From Antedon mediterranea (taxonomy: Eukaryota > Animalia > Echinodermata): DNA of 64,000 bases. The position numbers and the translations under genes are program-made. This document shows, piece by piece, positions 25,545 through 37,746 of the stretch. Where the stretch lies: positions 8,985,812 through 9,049,811 of the forward strand of contig NC_092675.1 of assembly GCF_964355755.1 (NCBI RefSeq), written 5' to 3'. Each line of letters opens with the position of its first letter. Positions within the stretch are counted from its first letter, which is position 1. The notes beneath the pieces are model-generated. The model did no database searches. It saw only the letters and a program-made list of their open reading frames with translations, and was not told the DNA's origin.

Positions 25545-26870
25545 TAGAACAACTAGAGGGTGAGCTCGCTTCGCTCGCTCCCACTCTAGGAAGTGTGGAC
25601 GATGGTTCTCGGAATGATACAAATGTTCTCCTTGTACATTTTCTGTCGGTTACCATTATTGAAAATGCTTGACATTCGTAAAACTATTTCACAGTGTTTT
25701 AGATGATTAATAACATTTTAAAGTATAGTGTTTATTGTTTGGGGAGGCGGAGTTCATTTGAGGGAGGTGCTTATTCGAGGGATATATGTTAATTTTTTTA
25801 GTTTTAATAATATGGTAACATTTATAATCAAATGAAATCCTGTAATAGATATGAAAAGTGGTAAAAAAGAATAACAAATGCTTGGTAAATTGTAGATAAC
25901 AGTGCGATGAATTCTACTACAAATAGTATAATTGTGTTATTATAAATGTGCATGGACGTTTATTAGATAGTTGGGTTGGGGGGGGGGATTATTATTCAAA
26001 TGGATGTTTTATTGAAGAGGCGTTTATTCAAATAAATACCATCCTAATAATTATTAATACATTATTTAATTTAAACATCTTTTGAAACTGCCGTGACAGA
26101 GTGGGCCCAAGAAAGAAAGACATTACGGCTTGCAACATGGGCAGACATCTCGGTCCTAACGGGACACAGATAGCCTACAGTTATTCCTGCCAGCTTACTT
26201 AATAAAACTCAGCTATCGGGATTTCACTCGATTTTAAACAAAATTTCTTATCATCAAATCTCCCTATGTAATTTTATAATACTATTTCCCATAATAATTA
26301 TATTCCGATTCCTTATGGCATATATTTAATTTGATCTATATTAATTTGCAGTATAATTTTAATTTTTTAACTACTGTACCAACACACACGCGCGGTCCGT
26401 TCCTAAAATAAACAAAAAACTGAAATGGCTATGCAACTTAAGCTCCAGTCCTACTATCGGTTTGTTTCTTCCTTCTTCCAAAGGGGGACACTGTATTGAT
26501 TGATGGAAAGTGCCTGTTTCCAGTTACCTTTAAGGTCAAATCTATTATTTTAACTGCTCCCTTGTGTATAAAAGAGAGAAAATAGTTGAAACCAGGTTGT
26601 TGCAAGGTGAACCCGGAAATTACTTTGACCCGCGAAGAATTGAAATTGAGTTGAAAATCTACTGTTGAAATCATAAATTTTGTTAAAAAACTTTTTATAA
26701 TATCTTCCTAAGATAGAAATATGGAACAATAGCGTCGATGTGAAAACTAATGTTATCAAATCTACGTTTCGCGGTACATCTGAGATAGATCAGGTAGGTA
26801 TCCAAGGCGGAGATTTGTACCGAAGTTTTTGCATTGTGCTCACCTATGTCAGAATTAACCATAATTTATA
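25545..26870 (-). mobile_element. Non-autonomous Helitron-like insertion in the LINE (5' boundary approximate)
   Basis: Minus-strand 3' end shows the hairpin GAGCGAGCGAAGCGAGCTC followed by CTAG|T at about 25553. The LINE frame breaks near 25530 and resumes near 26881. Confidence 0.55.
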
Positions 26871-27869
26871 TATAGATACATAAAAAAGGAAAAATATTGA
26901 ACCTCAAAACTATAGAGGGCAATCTCTGATACCAATCAGGTTTCCTTTATATCATCAATAATAGACTCATAGACTGGAAAGATAAATGGAACATTTTGAA
27001 TTAGGAGCAAGCCGGGTTTAGGAAAAGATATCGAACCCTCGATAATATATTTATTTTTAACACAATGGTATCTAAATATCTTAGTAAGAAAAGGGGCAGA
27101 ATTGTTGTTACTTTTGTCGACTTAAAATGTCCCTTTGATTCAATAAACCACAATCTGTACCTTACTTACAAATTAAAGAAACTAGGTTTGCAAGGTGAAA
27201 TTTTAAATGTAATTATTTCACTCTAACGTTGTTTGTTAAAATTGAAAATAAATTATTGGATTCCCTAAAAAATAAAATTGGTATAAAACGAGGGTCACAA
27301 TTATCATCTCTTTTATTTCCTTCTACAAGATTTAAGTGATAATTTAAATTATACAAACAATCTGATAAAATACAGATTAGAGATTGTGAAATTAATCACT
27401 TATTATACGCAGACGATCTTGTACTAATAGAAGACACTGTTAAATGTTTACAGAGACTGATTAAGTATAGGTAAATATTGTGTTGACTGGGGATTAACTG
27501 TAAATGCAGAAAAAACCAAAATCAAATTAAATTATTAAAAGTAAGAAGTATTGCCAAAAAATGGTTTTATAAGAAGAACTCCATTGAAATTATTGATTCG
27601 TTTAAGTATCATGGGTTGTAGTTAGTGCAAATGGAAAGTGGAATAATACAATAGATAATAACACCAATACTCACATATGGCTCAGAAATATGGGGATTTC
27701 ATAGTTTAAAGAGAGTTGAAAAGGTACACACACAATTTTGTAGATATGCCATTGGAATCGGAAATAGTGCCACAAATCTTTTAGTTCTTTCAGAAATGCG
27801 GCGTTTTCCGATGAATGTAACTTGCATATTAAATACTATTTGTTTATGGTTATATATCTTAAACACTAG

Positions 27870-28773
27870 TAAAGTATGAACAGTATATTTAAATGGTGCG
27901 AAGAAAATGGTATGAAACTGAATGAGAAAAAAGCGGTTGAACTGCGCATTACATGTAAGAGAACACCAACTGAGTTTGACCCAATCACTGTGAATGGATC
28001 TGAAGTCAAGTGTGTTGAGCATGCAAAGTTACTAGGTGTCAATCTTGACCGTAAATTGTCGTGGCAGACGCATGTTGACTGTTTAACCAAGCGCGTTGTA
28101 CCAAGGTTGTTTTTTCTTAAACAACTCAAGAGGTCTGGCTTAGATAGACTGGAACTGCTCCGATACTATCAAACAGTGATACGACCAGTTCTCGAATATG
28201 CCTATGCTGTTTGGTCCCCGAGTTTATCCAAAGCACAATCTGACCAAATCGAACATGTCCAAAGAAGAGCGTGTAACATAATATGCCCCGATGGTACCTC
28301 GTATGCTGATACCCGCAGATACATTAACATCATCACTCTATCTGAACGCCGCGAGAAGTTTTCAAGAAAATTCTTTGATAAAATAAAAAAAGATCATAGA
28401 TTACACTCTCTCTTACCTAAACCTCCCACACACAACCATCAGCTCCGACGCGTTAGATCGTTCACCCTCCCCAAAGTCAGGACACAACGCACAAAAAACT
28501 TCATTACTTTCTCCACGGAGTTTTCAATGATTGGTGAATGATCAGAAACTGAGTTATGATAAGCAAATTGTGAACCCCTTTTGGTTTGTGTTACTGGATG
28601 TACTATGTTGGCCATTGAAAGACTGATTTGTGGACTATGATATATTTTAGTAACTTGTTTGGTCTGTGTTATACTATGTTTTTTTTTGTTATATTTATTA
28701 TTATATTTATGTCAACTTCATCACTGTTTATGATGCAATAAAGGAAATAAAATAAAATAAAAATAAATAAAAA
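27870..28773 (+). mobile_element. Younger 5'-truncated CR1/L2-type LINE nested in the older LINE
   Basis: 221-aa open frame (KLLGVNLDRKLSW..HV, IRPVLEYA..VW, IEHVQRRA) and an (AAAAT)n tail. Confidence 0.88.
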
Positions 28774-29399
28774 TATAAAGTAAGATTCATATCAAAATTC
28801 TATAATTTTCAAATTAAATAGGTTGAGAGAAACGAAGAATGTTGGGCGATGCAAGTTAAGAATTTACTTTTTCAAATAGGTTTTGGATATTTTTTGATGA
28901 TACAGCATGTAGAAGATCATAAGTATTTCATTAGAGAAATTAAATTACGTCTACAGGATATTGAAAGGCAAAATTATCGAGAAAATTAAACGTTATTCAA
29001 GGTTGAAATATTACAAAGAAATTAAGACGGATTTTAAATTAGAAGATTTTCCTGTTGTTATTCAAAACTTTAAGTTTAAAAAAATCATGACTAACTAAGT
29101 TAAGATGGACAGGAATTTAAAGGGAAAAACGAATCTGTAAAGTCTGCAAATGTAATGAGGTTGAAAACGAATATCACTTTGTTTTAGTATGTCCATACTA
29201 CAACGAAATTAGACACTCCTTTTTAAAAACAAAAGAAAAAAATAATCAATAACCTGGTAAGATTTGCCTTTTCGCATTTAAAAGGAGAATTAATTATTTT
29301 GCTGTTACTACTTCTTAAATGTTATAATAATTATGTACTATTTTCTATTATTGTACTTGGGCCTACATACTATTGAATAAATGAATAAATAGAGATGTT

Positions 29400-29708
29400 A
29401 TAGCGTTTTCATAATTTCCGTAGAGTTTTCATAGAAATGTCTATAGAATTTCCATAGAAAGGTCTATAGAAATTCCATAGAAATTCTATAGAATTTCCAT
29501 AGAGTTTCTATAGAATTTCCATAGAATTTTAATAAAATTTCCATAGACTTTCCATAGAAATATCTATAGAATTTTCATAGAGTTTTCATAGAGTTTATAG
29601 AATTTCTATAGATTGTTTCTATAAAAACCTTTATAGAAAATCTATAGAAAAGTCTATAGATCTTTTATAGATTTTTTATATAATATCTATAGAAAATGTT
29701 TGTAAGGG
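29400..29708. repeat. Degenerate 10-11-bp minisatellite (TTCCATAGAAA/CTATAG), probably a DNA-transposon subterminal region
   Basis: Dense CATAGA/CTATAGA repeats that end abruptly at TTTGTAAGGG. Confidence 0.6.
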
Positions 29709-30379
29709 AGAAGATGGCTTTACAGTACCCACTGTTGTGACTTCTGTTGCCACAGCAACTTTGGATACCTTCAAAATTTCCTCTGAAAAGTTAAGGATAG
29801 AAGCATGGGAGCATTTAAAAATCAGGCCAAATTAATTTAACAAGGAAAGCTCCTATATTTAAATATTTGTTAATGTTAGAAATATATATTTCACCATGAA
29901 AGAGGGTAAGTAAGCCCTTTAAATCCACCACTGAAAGCATATGATAGCAACAATTTTCAGTTTTTAGTATGGATCCATGATTCATAATGTGTGTGGAGGT
30001 CTAATGAAAACAAATTGTTGGTCATTATTCAACTTATTGTGACTAAGGTCTATCACTTTTAAACATGAATAATTTGCATATACAGTAATTAAAAATTGAT
30101 TATTTTTAATTTAATAAACTCACCGGCAAGAAAGAGGAGTTCATCATCATTAATGTATTCTGCTTCTTTGCCTTGACACGCTGATTGATGGGATTCATAA
30201 TGATATAGAAATCACCAGCACACTCCAAAATCCTCTCTATTTGTCATTTCAGTTTTCGGTATTTTTCATCAGTCACAATAAACTGACTTAATAGCCAGAC
30301 CACACTGCAGCCAACATCATTTTCCAGTAGCCATTTATATTTCCCAAAACAGATGGTAAACATTTCTTCGCCTCTTTTT

Positions 30380-30650
30380 CAGATGACTTTTGATGTCGTA
30401 ACTAGTCAGCCACGGTTACTTGAGAAAATTTTGATATTTCTGTAGCCTTCACCGAGCAATTGAGCCGTGCCTCTCCCCTCTTGTACACCGGTACCTGTGG
30501 ATATTAGTGTATCCGCTTATGATTGTTTAAATTTTGTTTCAATGTAAACAGTTTTATACATTCAGAGCATGGAAGCTTCTTTTCCTTATGGGTTTGTACA
30601 TACTTAACAAGATGGGACTTTGTTGAGAAATCCAATTAACATTTAACATT
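30380..30650 (-). pseudogene. Decayed C2H2 zinc-finger coding fragment
   Basis: Minus frame reads C*LDFSTKSHLVKYVQTHKEKKLPCSECIKLFTLKQNLNNHKRIH*, with a perfect C-x2-C-x3-F-x5-L-x2-H-x3-H at 30507-30569 and in-frame stops. Confidence 0.7.
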
Positions 30651-31814
30651 GATTGTTAAATTTATTTTGAGAAATAAATGAATAATTTATAAATAACTAG
30701 ACCTAAGTTATAACTAAATAGGATCTAAGTAATTCCAGCCAGTATAATACTAACTAGACTAGGCCTAGACCTAGCTAGGCTAGAGGCCCTGTTGTTGACG
30801 TTAGTTTTTTAAATATTTTTTTATAGGACTAGGCCTAGGCTAGGCCAGGCATATACTATTATTATAAAATATAGGTAGGCCCTACTCTACTAGCTAGGCC
30901 CAAGTCTAAAAAACTAGGCTAGAGCCTAAACTAAGGCCTACCTAGGCCTAGGCCTAGGCCTAGGCCTAGACTAGAATAAAAATAATTAATAAATCTTGGT
31001 GTCTTCTCTTAATCTTGTTTTTTTTTTTTACGAGATAGCCTAGCCTACTAGGCTAGCCTAGGCCTATGCCAAGGCCTTTGCACCTACCGTCGTATCGTAT
31101 GGTACAACAACATGTCTGGGTGAAGTTGAAGCGAAATTATAAATATGCCATGGATCTACGGGCGGCGAAATCTTTTACTAGGTAGGCCTACCTGTTGTCA
31201 AGCTAGCGCCGTAGGCGTAGCCTAGGCTACGACGGCCGCTTTTTGAATAGGATAGCTAGCCTAGCCTATCTAAATACGTTTAAACACACTTACTCAATTC
31301 AATCATGTAAATATAGGACTACACTATATCGTTTAGGTATCACCTCGGATTTCGTTCTTGGAAAAAAATCCTGCTAACAACGCTCAGTGATAAAAAAAAT
31401 ATTAAATTTAATAATTACTTTTGTAAAAAGTTTTCAGCGATATTTTATGAATGGAAGGTTGTAACGTCATGGATATAGAAGGAAGTAGTAGGTCCGATTG
31501 AAATATTTATGTAATAGAGTCCCACCGTACCAGTGAGTAGTCATCATCAATCTATATTGTGTCAACTCCCAAAAGTAGTAGACAAAATGGAAACAAAAGA
31601 TTTATTTCAATCAACTTGAAGTTAACTTTAAAATAAAAAACATACAAAAAGTCAACAGGAAAGGTGATAACAAGACAAGAAATCATAGCACTATTTCATT
31701 AAAATATGTTCGTATTCGGCGTAGTAATATTGTCAGAAATTGTTGTCTCTGATTGGTCGAAAAAGTTTTCTGCTGTGGTGGTTGTTGTTTTTCGACGGAA
31801 AATCAGCAGAGGGG

Positions 31815-34800
31815 TATATCCCTATAACAAGTAATTTGACTTTAAATCTTGTAATCAGGTACATTAAAGTTATCGCAATGACTATTGCAAATAACATTGA
31901 GGAGGATAATGCTCTTTCGGAAGTCCATAGAGGTTTTAGAAAAGATCGGCAATGTGAAGACCATTTGTCTTTGTAGTAAAAAGCATTGCAAAAGCTTGCA
32001 GAAGAAAAAAAGGAAAACATACCTATTTAGCATTCTTGGTGGACTTCCGAAAAGCATTTGATTCTGTATGGAGAGATGGTATTTTCAAGGCCATATGGAA
32101 TATTGGAATTAGAGGACGTTTGTGGCGAATAATAGACAATATGTACACTAATGTTAAAGGTATAGTTAGGTTTGAAAAAAGCAAGGAATTTAACATTAAT
32201 CAAGGTGTTAAACACGGTTGCACCCTGTCCCCTAAACTATTTTGTATATTTATTCAGACCTAATGAACAAAGATTTAAAAAATGAATGATATAGGTGTCC
32301 ACATTAAGAATTGTACATACATTTTATGGGCAGATGATGTTACTTTAATTGCTGAAAATGAACAACAAATGAATCAAATGCTAGAATATACTTCCAAATT
32401 TGCTGAAGATGGGGTTTGACATTTTAACCACTACAAGTCTGAAGTGCTATGTTGTTGGAAAGATAATTGATAGAAGTAAGCTATGGAAATTAGGAAACTT
32501 GAATTTGAAAAATATAAATACCTGGAGTTACAATATCAAGACATATTAATGATCATACTGTTAAAAATGTAACCGTCTAATTGGATACATAAAAGCCATC
32601 ATAGGTAACCTAAATGGTTTTAATAACACCTAAATAAATTCCTGTCATTTGATTGGACGAATGTGGGTCACATGGCGTGCAACAGTACGCACTATTAAAC
32701 GATCGTTTAATAGTACTTTTTTTGTGTACGAAAAAAAATCTTTTCGCGTTTGGAAAATATTTTGTTTTATACTATTGCTTTTGAAATACAACAGCGCCAC
32801 CTATTTTGTACTTCCGCGGCGATTTGAATGCTATGACTAGTACGCTCGCTTTGCTCGCGTACCATCTAGGTCGTGCCCACAGATGGTTCTCGAATACATA
32901 ATAATTTCAGCGTTAAAAAACTGACAATTTCAAATGTACGTACAATAATACATGTCGTTTACAGAAACGAATAAATAGACACTGATTTATGTACTCAACT
33001 AAAATTAGCACCCTGGGAATTACTTCCGAAAGAGAAACTTGTCACAAAATGAGACCAATTGTTGGTTTTCAATTGTTTCTTAGAGCCAATTCATACTTAA
33101 GTTGGTTCCTACCCTACCCACCAAAGTTGTTTTGCGTTTAGGGCATATGATGCACCGTTGGCCTATCAGGCTCTACTATGGCTTTACAACGCTACTCATG
33201 CCAGTGAGGGAAGGGTGATGATATGGGTGGTTTAACTGCAATAATAAAGATTTGTACATAATAAATATACGGCGACTGAAAACGCTAGCACCAGCTCATT
33301 ATCCGTTTAAAAAAAATTATATTCAACCTCTGCAGCACAAATGGATCGAATTTCTGTTATGAGTATACAGTACTTTCCTTTACGACGCCTGAGGGAATAG
33401 ACACTTGTGGAACGACACAGAGATTGGAATGTTCCATTCATCGCAAATCAATACATTTGTATAAACGTATATTAAATCTATCAAAATAGTATTTTTTAAA
33501 GAAAATCGGCCTGTCTTCAACATCATGATATTGTACTCGAGCTGTTCAACCGGTTTTCAGCTATTAAAAACAATTATCGTAGGAGGAGATAGGAAAATGC
33601 GAAGCCTCCTCGAATTTTTGTGACGGGTATTTTTCAAGATTGACATCCATTAGACAGTGTATACCACGATCGGAAAACACCCCTATTTGGGGCAAATCGT
33701 TGAACCTAAATTCGTTTTAATCGTCAATAACTAATTATCTAACTTAATTAATTAGTAAACAGGGTTACATCAGGTGGTTAAAATCAGTACCGAAAGTACG
33801 AACCAACTTTATATACCATCGAGTAAAAATTCTAAAAGTAAGGCGCGATTTACCGAATTTTGCCCTTACGTAAATTTATATATATAGATAAGTTCCAATT
33901 GTATGTCGAAGTTTTGCCTTTCAGCTAGTACTAGGTCTAGCCTAGGCCTGTTCGTATGGGTCATTTGTTGACATAATTAACACTAAAGCACTCTAAATAT
34001 AAATAGGCCTATAACATTTAATATAATAATTATTATTAAAAACCAAATATTATTGTTTTAATCAATGTGAAAATGTAGGCCTTGGCTAAGGCAATCTTTT
34101 TATTTGATTCAAATCGGAATCTATTTAGATGTTATATAAAACAAATAATAAATGTTTTATATTCGTGTAATGGTAGAAATAATAGAGAGGTTTCGAAATC
34201 TTACGAATACGAAAACGGATACGTCACGCACACGTATTCGTTTTCGTAAGCCATAAAAAAATCTGTTTCGCATGGCAACGAAATATCGAGGCGCGTCTAA
34301 AAAATATGACTGCGGTAAATTTGAGCGAAGCGCAGGTACGTGTTGCTTGGTGCTTGGCCAGCTGCCTAGGCCTAGCGTAACATCAAAGCGAATGAGGACT
34401 TTAAAAACTGCTATTTATCTAAATTGACCTGGCATATTAGTAAATTACTTTAGTAAATTACTTTCAATAAATCTATAATTATATTATAATCATGAATCAT
34501 TCCTAATTCAAATGCAAAATGTGCAAAATAGATCAAAAACTATACTCGTTTTGTAGTTACGAATATGTGATATTCGTCAACACGAATACGCCTTACGAAT
34601 ATGAAATGGGGATCAGCTCGAAAGTTTCACAAATGTGTGACGTATCCGTTTTCGTTATCGTATTCGTATGGTTGCGAAACCTCCCTATTGGCATTTGGTG
34701 AATGATGATAGGTTAATATCAACTCGGCGTTGCCACGTTGATATATAACCTTTAATCATTCACCTCCATTGTACCATTACACTCATATACATTCATTATT

Positions 34801-35190
34801 TGTATACTATAGAGACATTAGGCCTATATGGCAAACGTTGCTGTACCATCTATAAATCATAGTAGTTCCGTATGGATTGGAAGTAAAAGTGACTGTAAAC
34901 AACTTGAGCGGTTACAATTACAAATGGCAATTGGATTTTTTCTTAAAGCACGTCGTAACGCTCCCACTACTGCTTTTTATGGAGACCTTTGAGTGATACA
35001 AAAACATATATAGAATAAATTACCTTGATAGACTTTTAAAGATGGAAGAGAATCGTTGGCCAAAAATGCTGTTCGGATATATCAGAAAACCTCAATGATA
35101 TCGTATTTAAAATACCAATTTGTGTCAAATATGTATTAGAAGAATGTAATGTTATTGAGAATATTTTCTCTGAAAAAAGTGTTTGGTAAC
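31815..35190 (+). mobile_element. Decayed LINE RT split by a stack of insertions (about 32630-34810)
   Basis: GFRKDRQCEDH, DFRKAFDSVWRDG, GVKHGCTLSPKLF and WADD motifs. The C-terminal part resumes near 34810 (LER.Q, MEENRWPK). Confidence 0.8.
34184..34686. mobile_element. MITE (PIF/Harbinger-like), inserted into a short palindromic element
   Basis: Terminal inverted repeats AGAGAGGTTTCG..ACGAATACGAAAACGGATACGTCAC / GTGACGTATCCGTTTTCG..CGAAACCTCCCT. Confidence 0.7.
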
Positions 35191-37168
35191 GTGACTTGTT
35201 TTATTGCGCAATAACCATGTGCCTATGCGTTTATTGATATGGGTGTAATGGAATAAAAGGAGTATTACATTCCCTTTCCGATGATACCATGGATGACAAG
35301 TGATTACTGTGGAAATGAAATTCAAAATGGCGGCTGAAGGGGTGGTCGAAAAAATGCCACTTTACTTTTTTCAATTCAGCAACTCAAGAATAACAAAGTT
35401 GGCCAATGGAACAAATATCGAGCTAGTTTTCCTTACATATGACTGTAGGCCTACTAAATAACCTACTTGCAAAAACAGAAAATGCCAGCCACTTTGGATT
35501 TTGAGAAGACTCAAGTGGATCGTGTGTGTGTGTGTGTGTGTTTCATTGGATTCCTCATGTCTTAAAACATAATATATACATTAAAATTATCTATATTGGT
35601 GTTACCTACTCGGAAAGTTATGAGGAAAACAGGAAATGGCGACTATTTTAAGTACCATCTTGAATTGCGGAAAACTTCCAAAGGAGGATTCACATCACAG
35701 GCGTAGATCCTGGGGGAGACGGAGGAGGAATCCCCTCCCCCTCCACCCCCCCCCCCCCCATATTTTTTAGTTTCAACAAAATCATAAAAAATTGTTGAAA
35801 TTAAATGGAAAGTAAGACATCTATGACACGCATGACGTATCACATGTAATTTCAGAAAATACAGTAGGCCTACCCAGGGAGTTTTTCAACTCCCTGGCCT
35901 ACCTAAGAAGAATAGATTTTGCGTAAATATAACTCGTGACGCATCATCAGGACCAGTGCCTAAAAAGTGTACGTAACCCAAAATAATTGTATTTTTCCGG
36001 GTGGAATATTTATTTATTGAAACGACCTCTAAATTACTCAAAGAGCCGAGCTTCCCGACCGGGAAAAAAAGGTTTAAACCTATTTAGTGCTTTTGGACTG
36101 TTATTAAATATGTTAACTGTTTATCTTTTTTTAGAATGGCTCATATTTTGAAATCTTTATCATGTGACCATTTAAAAAAAAATGTATATCACTTTGGGCT
36201 GTGTCTTTTTAGCTAGATTGTATATCTGATAAATAAAATAAAAAACATCTGAAGTCATCTGATAAAATGTTTTGCCACACAGTTTACTTGTCATAAATGT
36301 TGATATTTTCTTCAATAGTTTTTCTTCATTCAAGACTCATTGTATTCTTTTTTTAAATAATCGTGCTCAATAGGCTTTTTTTTACTATTGACTTATTCAT
36401 TTAAGTTTGCTTCATATAGAGTATTTATTGTATCTGTTTTATGTTTCATACCTTTAAGTGGCAACTTTCGTTGCTGTTGGTTTTGAAGAAATAAAATAAA
36501 AATAAAAAAATAATTATTGTTAAATGCCTCTCTATTTTGCATACAATAGATAGTGATTTTTACTAGCTATTGTAATTTTAACTCAACTGATGAAAGAAAA
36601 TGCTTATTTGTAACAAACAAAATAAAAGGTGAACAATTATGAAATATTGTGGAAACTAATAGATCAACAATTATTGGATAAAAAATAAAATTAATGCATG
36701 ATCCATATCTTTAAAGATGAGTGCATTTATATACAAGTGGGTGACAACAAAACCAGCCACCTGAATTTCTGAAATATACATTATTTATATTCAAAATACT
36801 TATGTGCTATTTACTAAATGAAAGACATATTTTACTGAAAACATATACATCGCCTAATAATTATTTTAAAATATTCAAAAGTAACTAGTATACAATATGT
36901 ATTATCTTAGAAAATATACGGTTATACAAACTACTGTACTATGAACTAACAGTTTTTTTTTATATTATTTGCTTGGTGTCCATAATATTCAAACTTTTGT
37001 AAAAGTAAAATGTGTATTTCACAAAGTATTGTTTAACTGTCCAGAAGCATTACCTTCGTCATCACATGATTAGCTATGTCCAATCTATTTCTCTTTATTT
37101 ATCAAATTTACTGCAAGTATGTCATTAATATGACCATGATCCACTATGTCCAGTAATGCATATTTCTA

Positions 37169-37746
37169 TTAATCTTCAATAAGTTTGCTAGTCTGTGTGG
37201 CAGAGGTATGATGATCTTCAGATAGCACATTATCCGGTGGCAGTTCACCTCGCAATTCTTCATCCTGAACTTCGCTGCTTGTATGATCTTCATATACCAC
37301 ATCGTGTATATCCATTCCACTTTCCCATTCGTCATCTAGTAGTTTGCTACTTTGCATTTGTACATCCACATTGACAACTTTCTTTTTACATATGAAATCC
37401 TTGATACAAGAACCATACCAAACAAATGCTATCAACATTATAATCACAAATACAGAACCAATAATGATCTGCATTACCTGGTGGGTATTGATTGATAAGA
37501 AAACATAGACACAATAGGTGTCTCGTTTATTGTAGTATGCATTGCATTCTATGCAATCAGTACTCTCAATTCCAAAGCAACTCTGACATGAATGATGACA
37601 GGGGATACAACTGTTCCTAAGAGTTCCATTCACTGTAGGTTTCACCAATAGATAGTAACCGTTGGCACACTCTCTTGGACCTATGTGGTCCTCAAGAGGA
37701 TGAGATGTAGTACCATAGAATACAAGTAAAAATTGTGTCAGTTTAC
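37169..37746 (-). CDS. furin: Furin alternative last exon 13B (Cys-rich repeat, transmembrane helix, acidic tail)
   Basis: [50 protein letters not shown] and a D/E-rich tail. Confidence 0.9.

Larger units (their letters stand above)
24040..29390 (+). mobile_element. Old near-full-length LINE (endonuclease plus RT), heavily decayed and interrupted by two insertions
   Basis: IYRPP, IIGDVNGRTG, SDHMPI, KAPGIDGI, NYRG, FRKRYRTLDNIF, LLYADDLVL and ENEYHFVLVCPYY motifs in the expected order. Confidence 0.85.

Noticed and set aside
33405-33890. Repeat shared with about 48070-48390 as a regulatory element for exon 5A/5B choice
   Set aside because: It is a dispersed transposon-like repeat, and I found no complementary docking or selector pairing by eye.
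35905-35955. Minus-strand CUGAUGA followed by a UGCGU/ACGCA stem
   Set aside because: Lacks the GAAA and convincing stems I and III, so it is not called a hammerhead.
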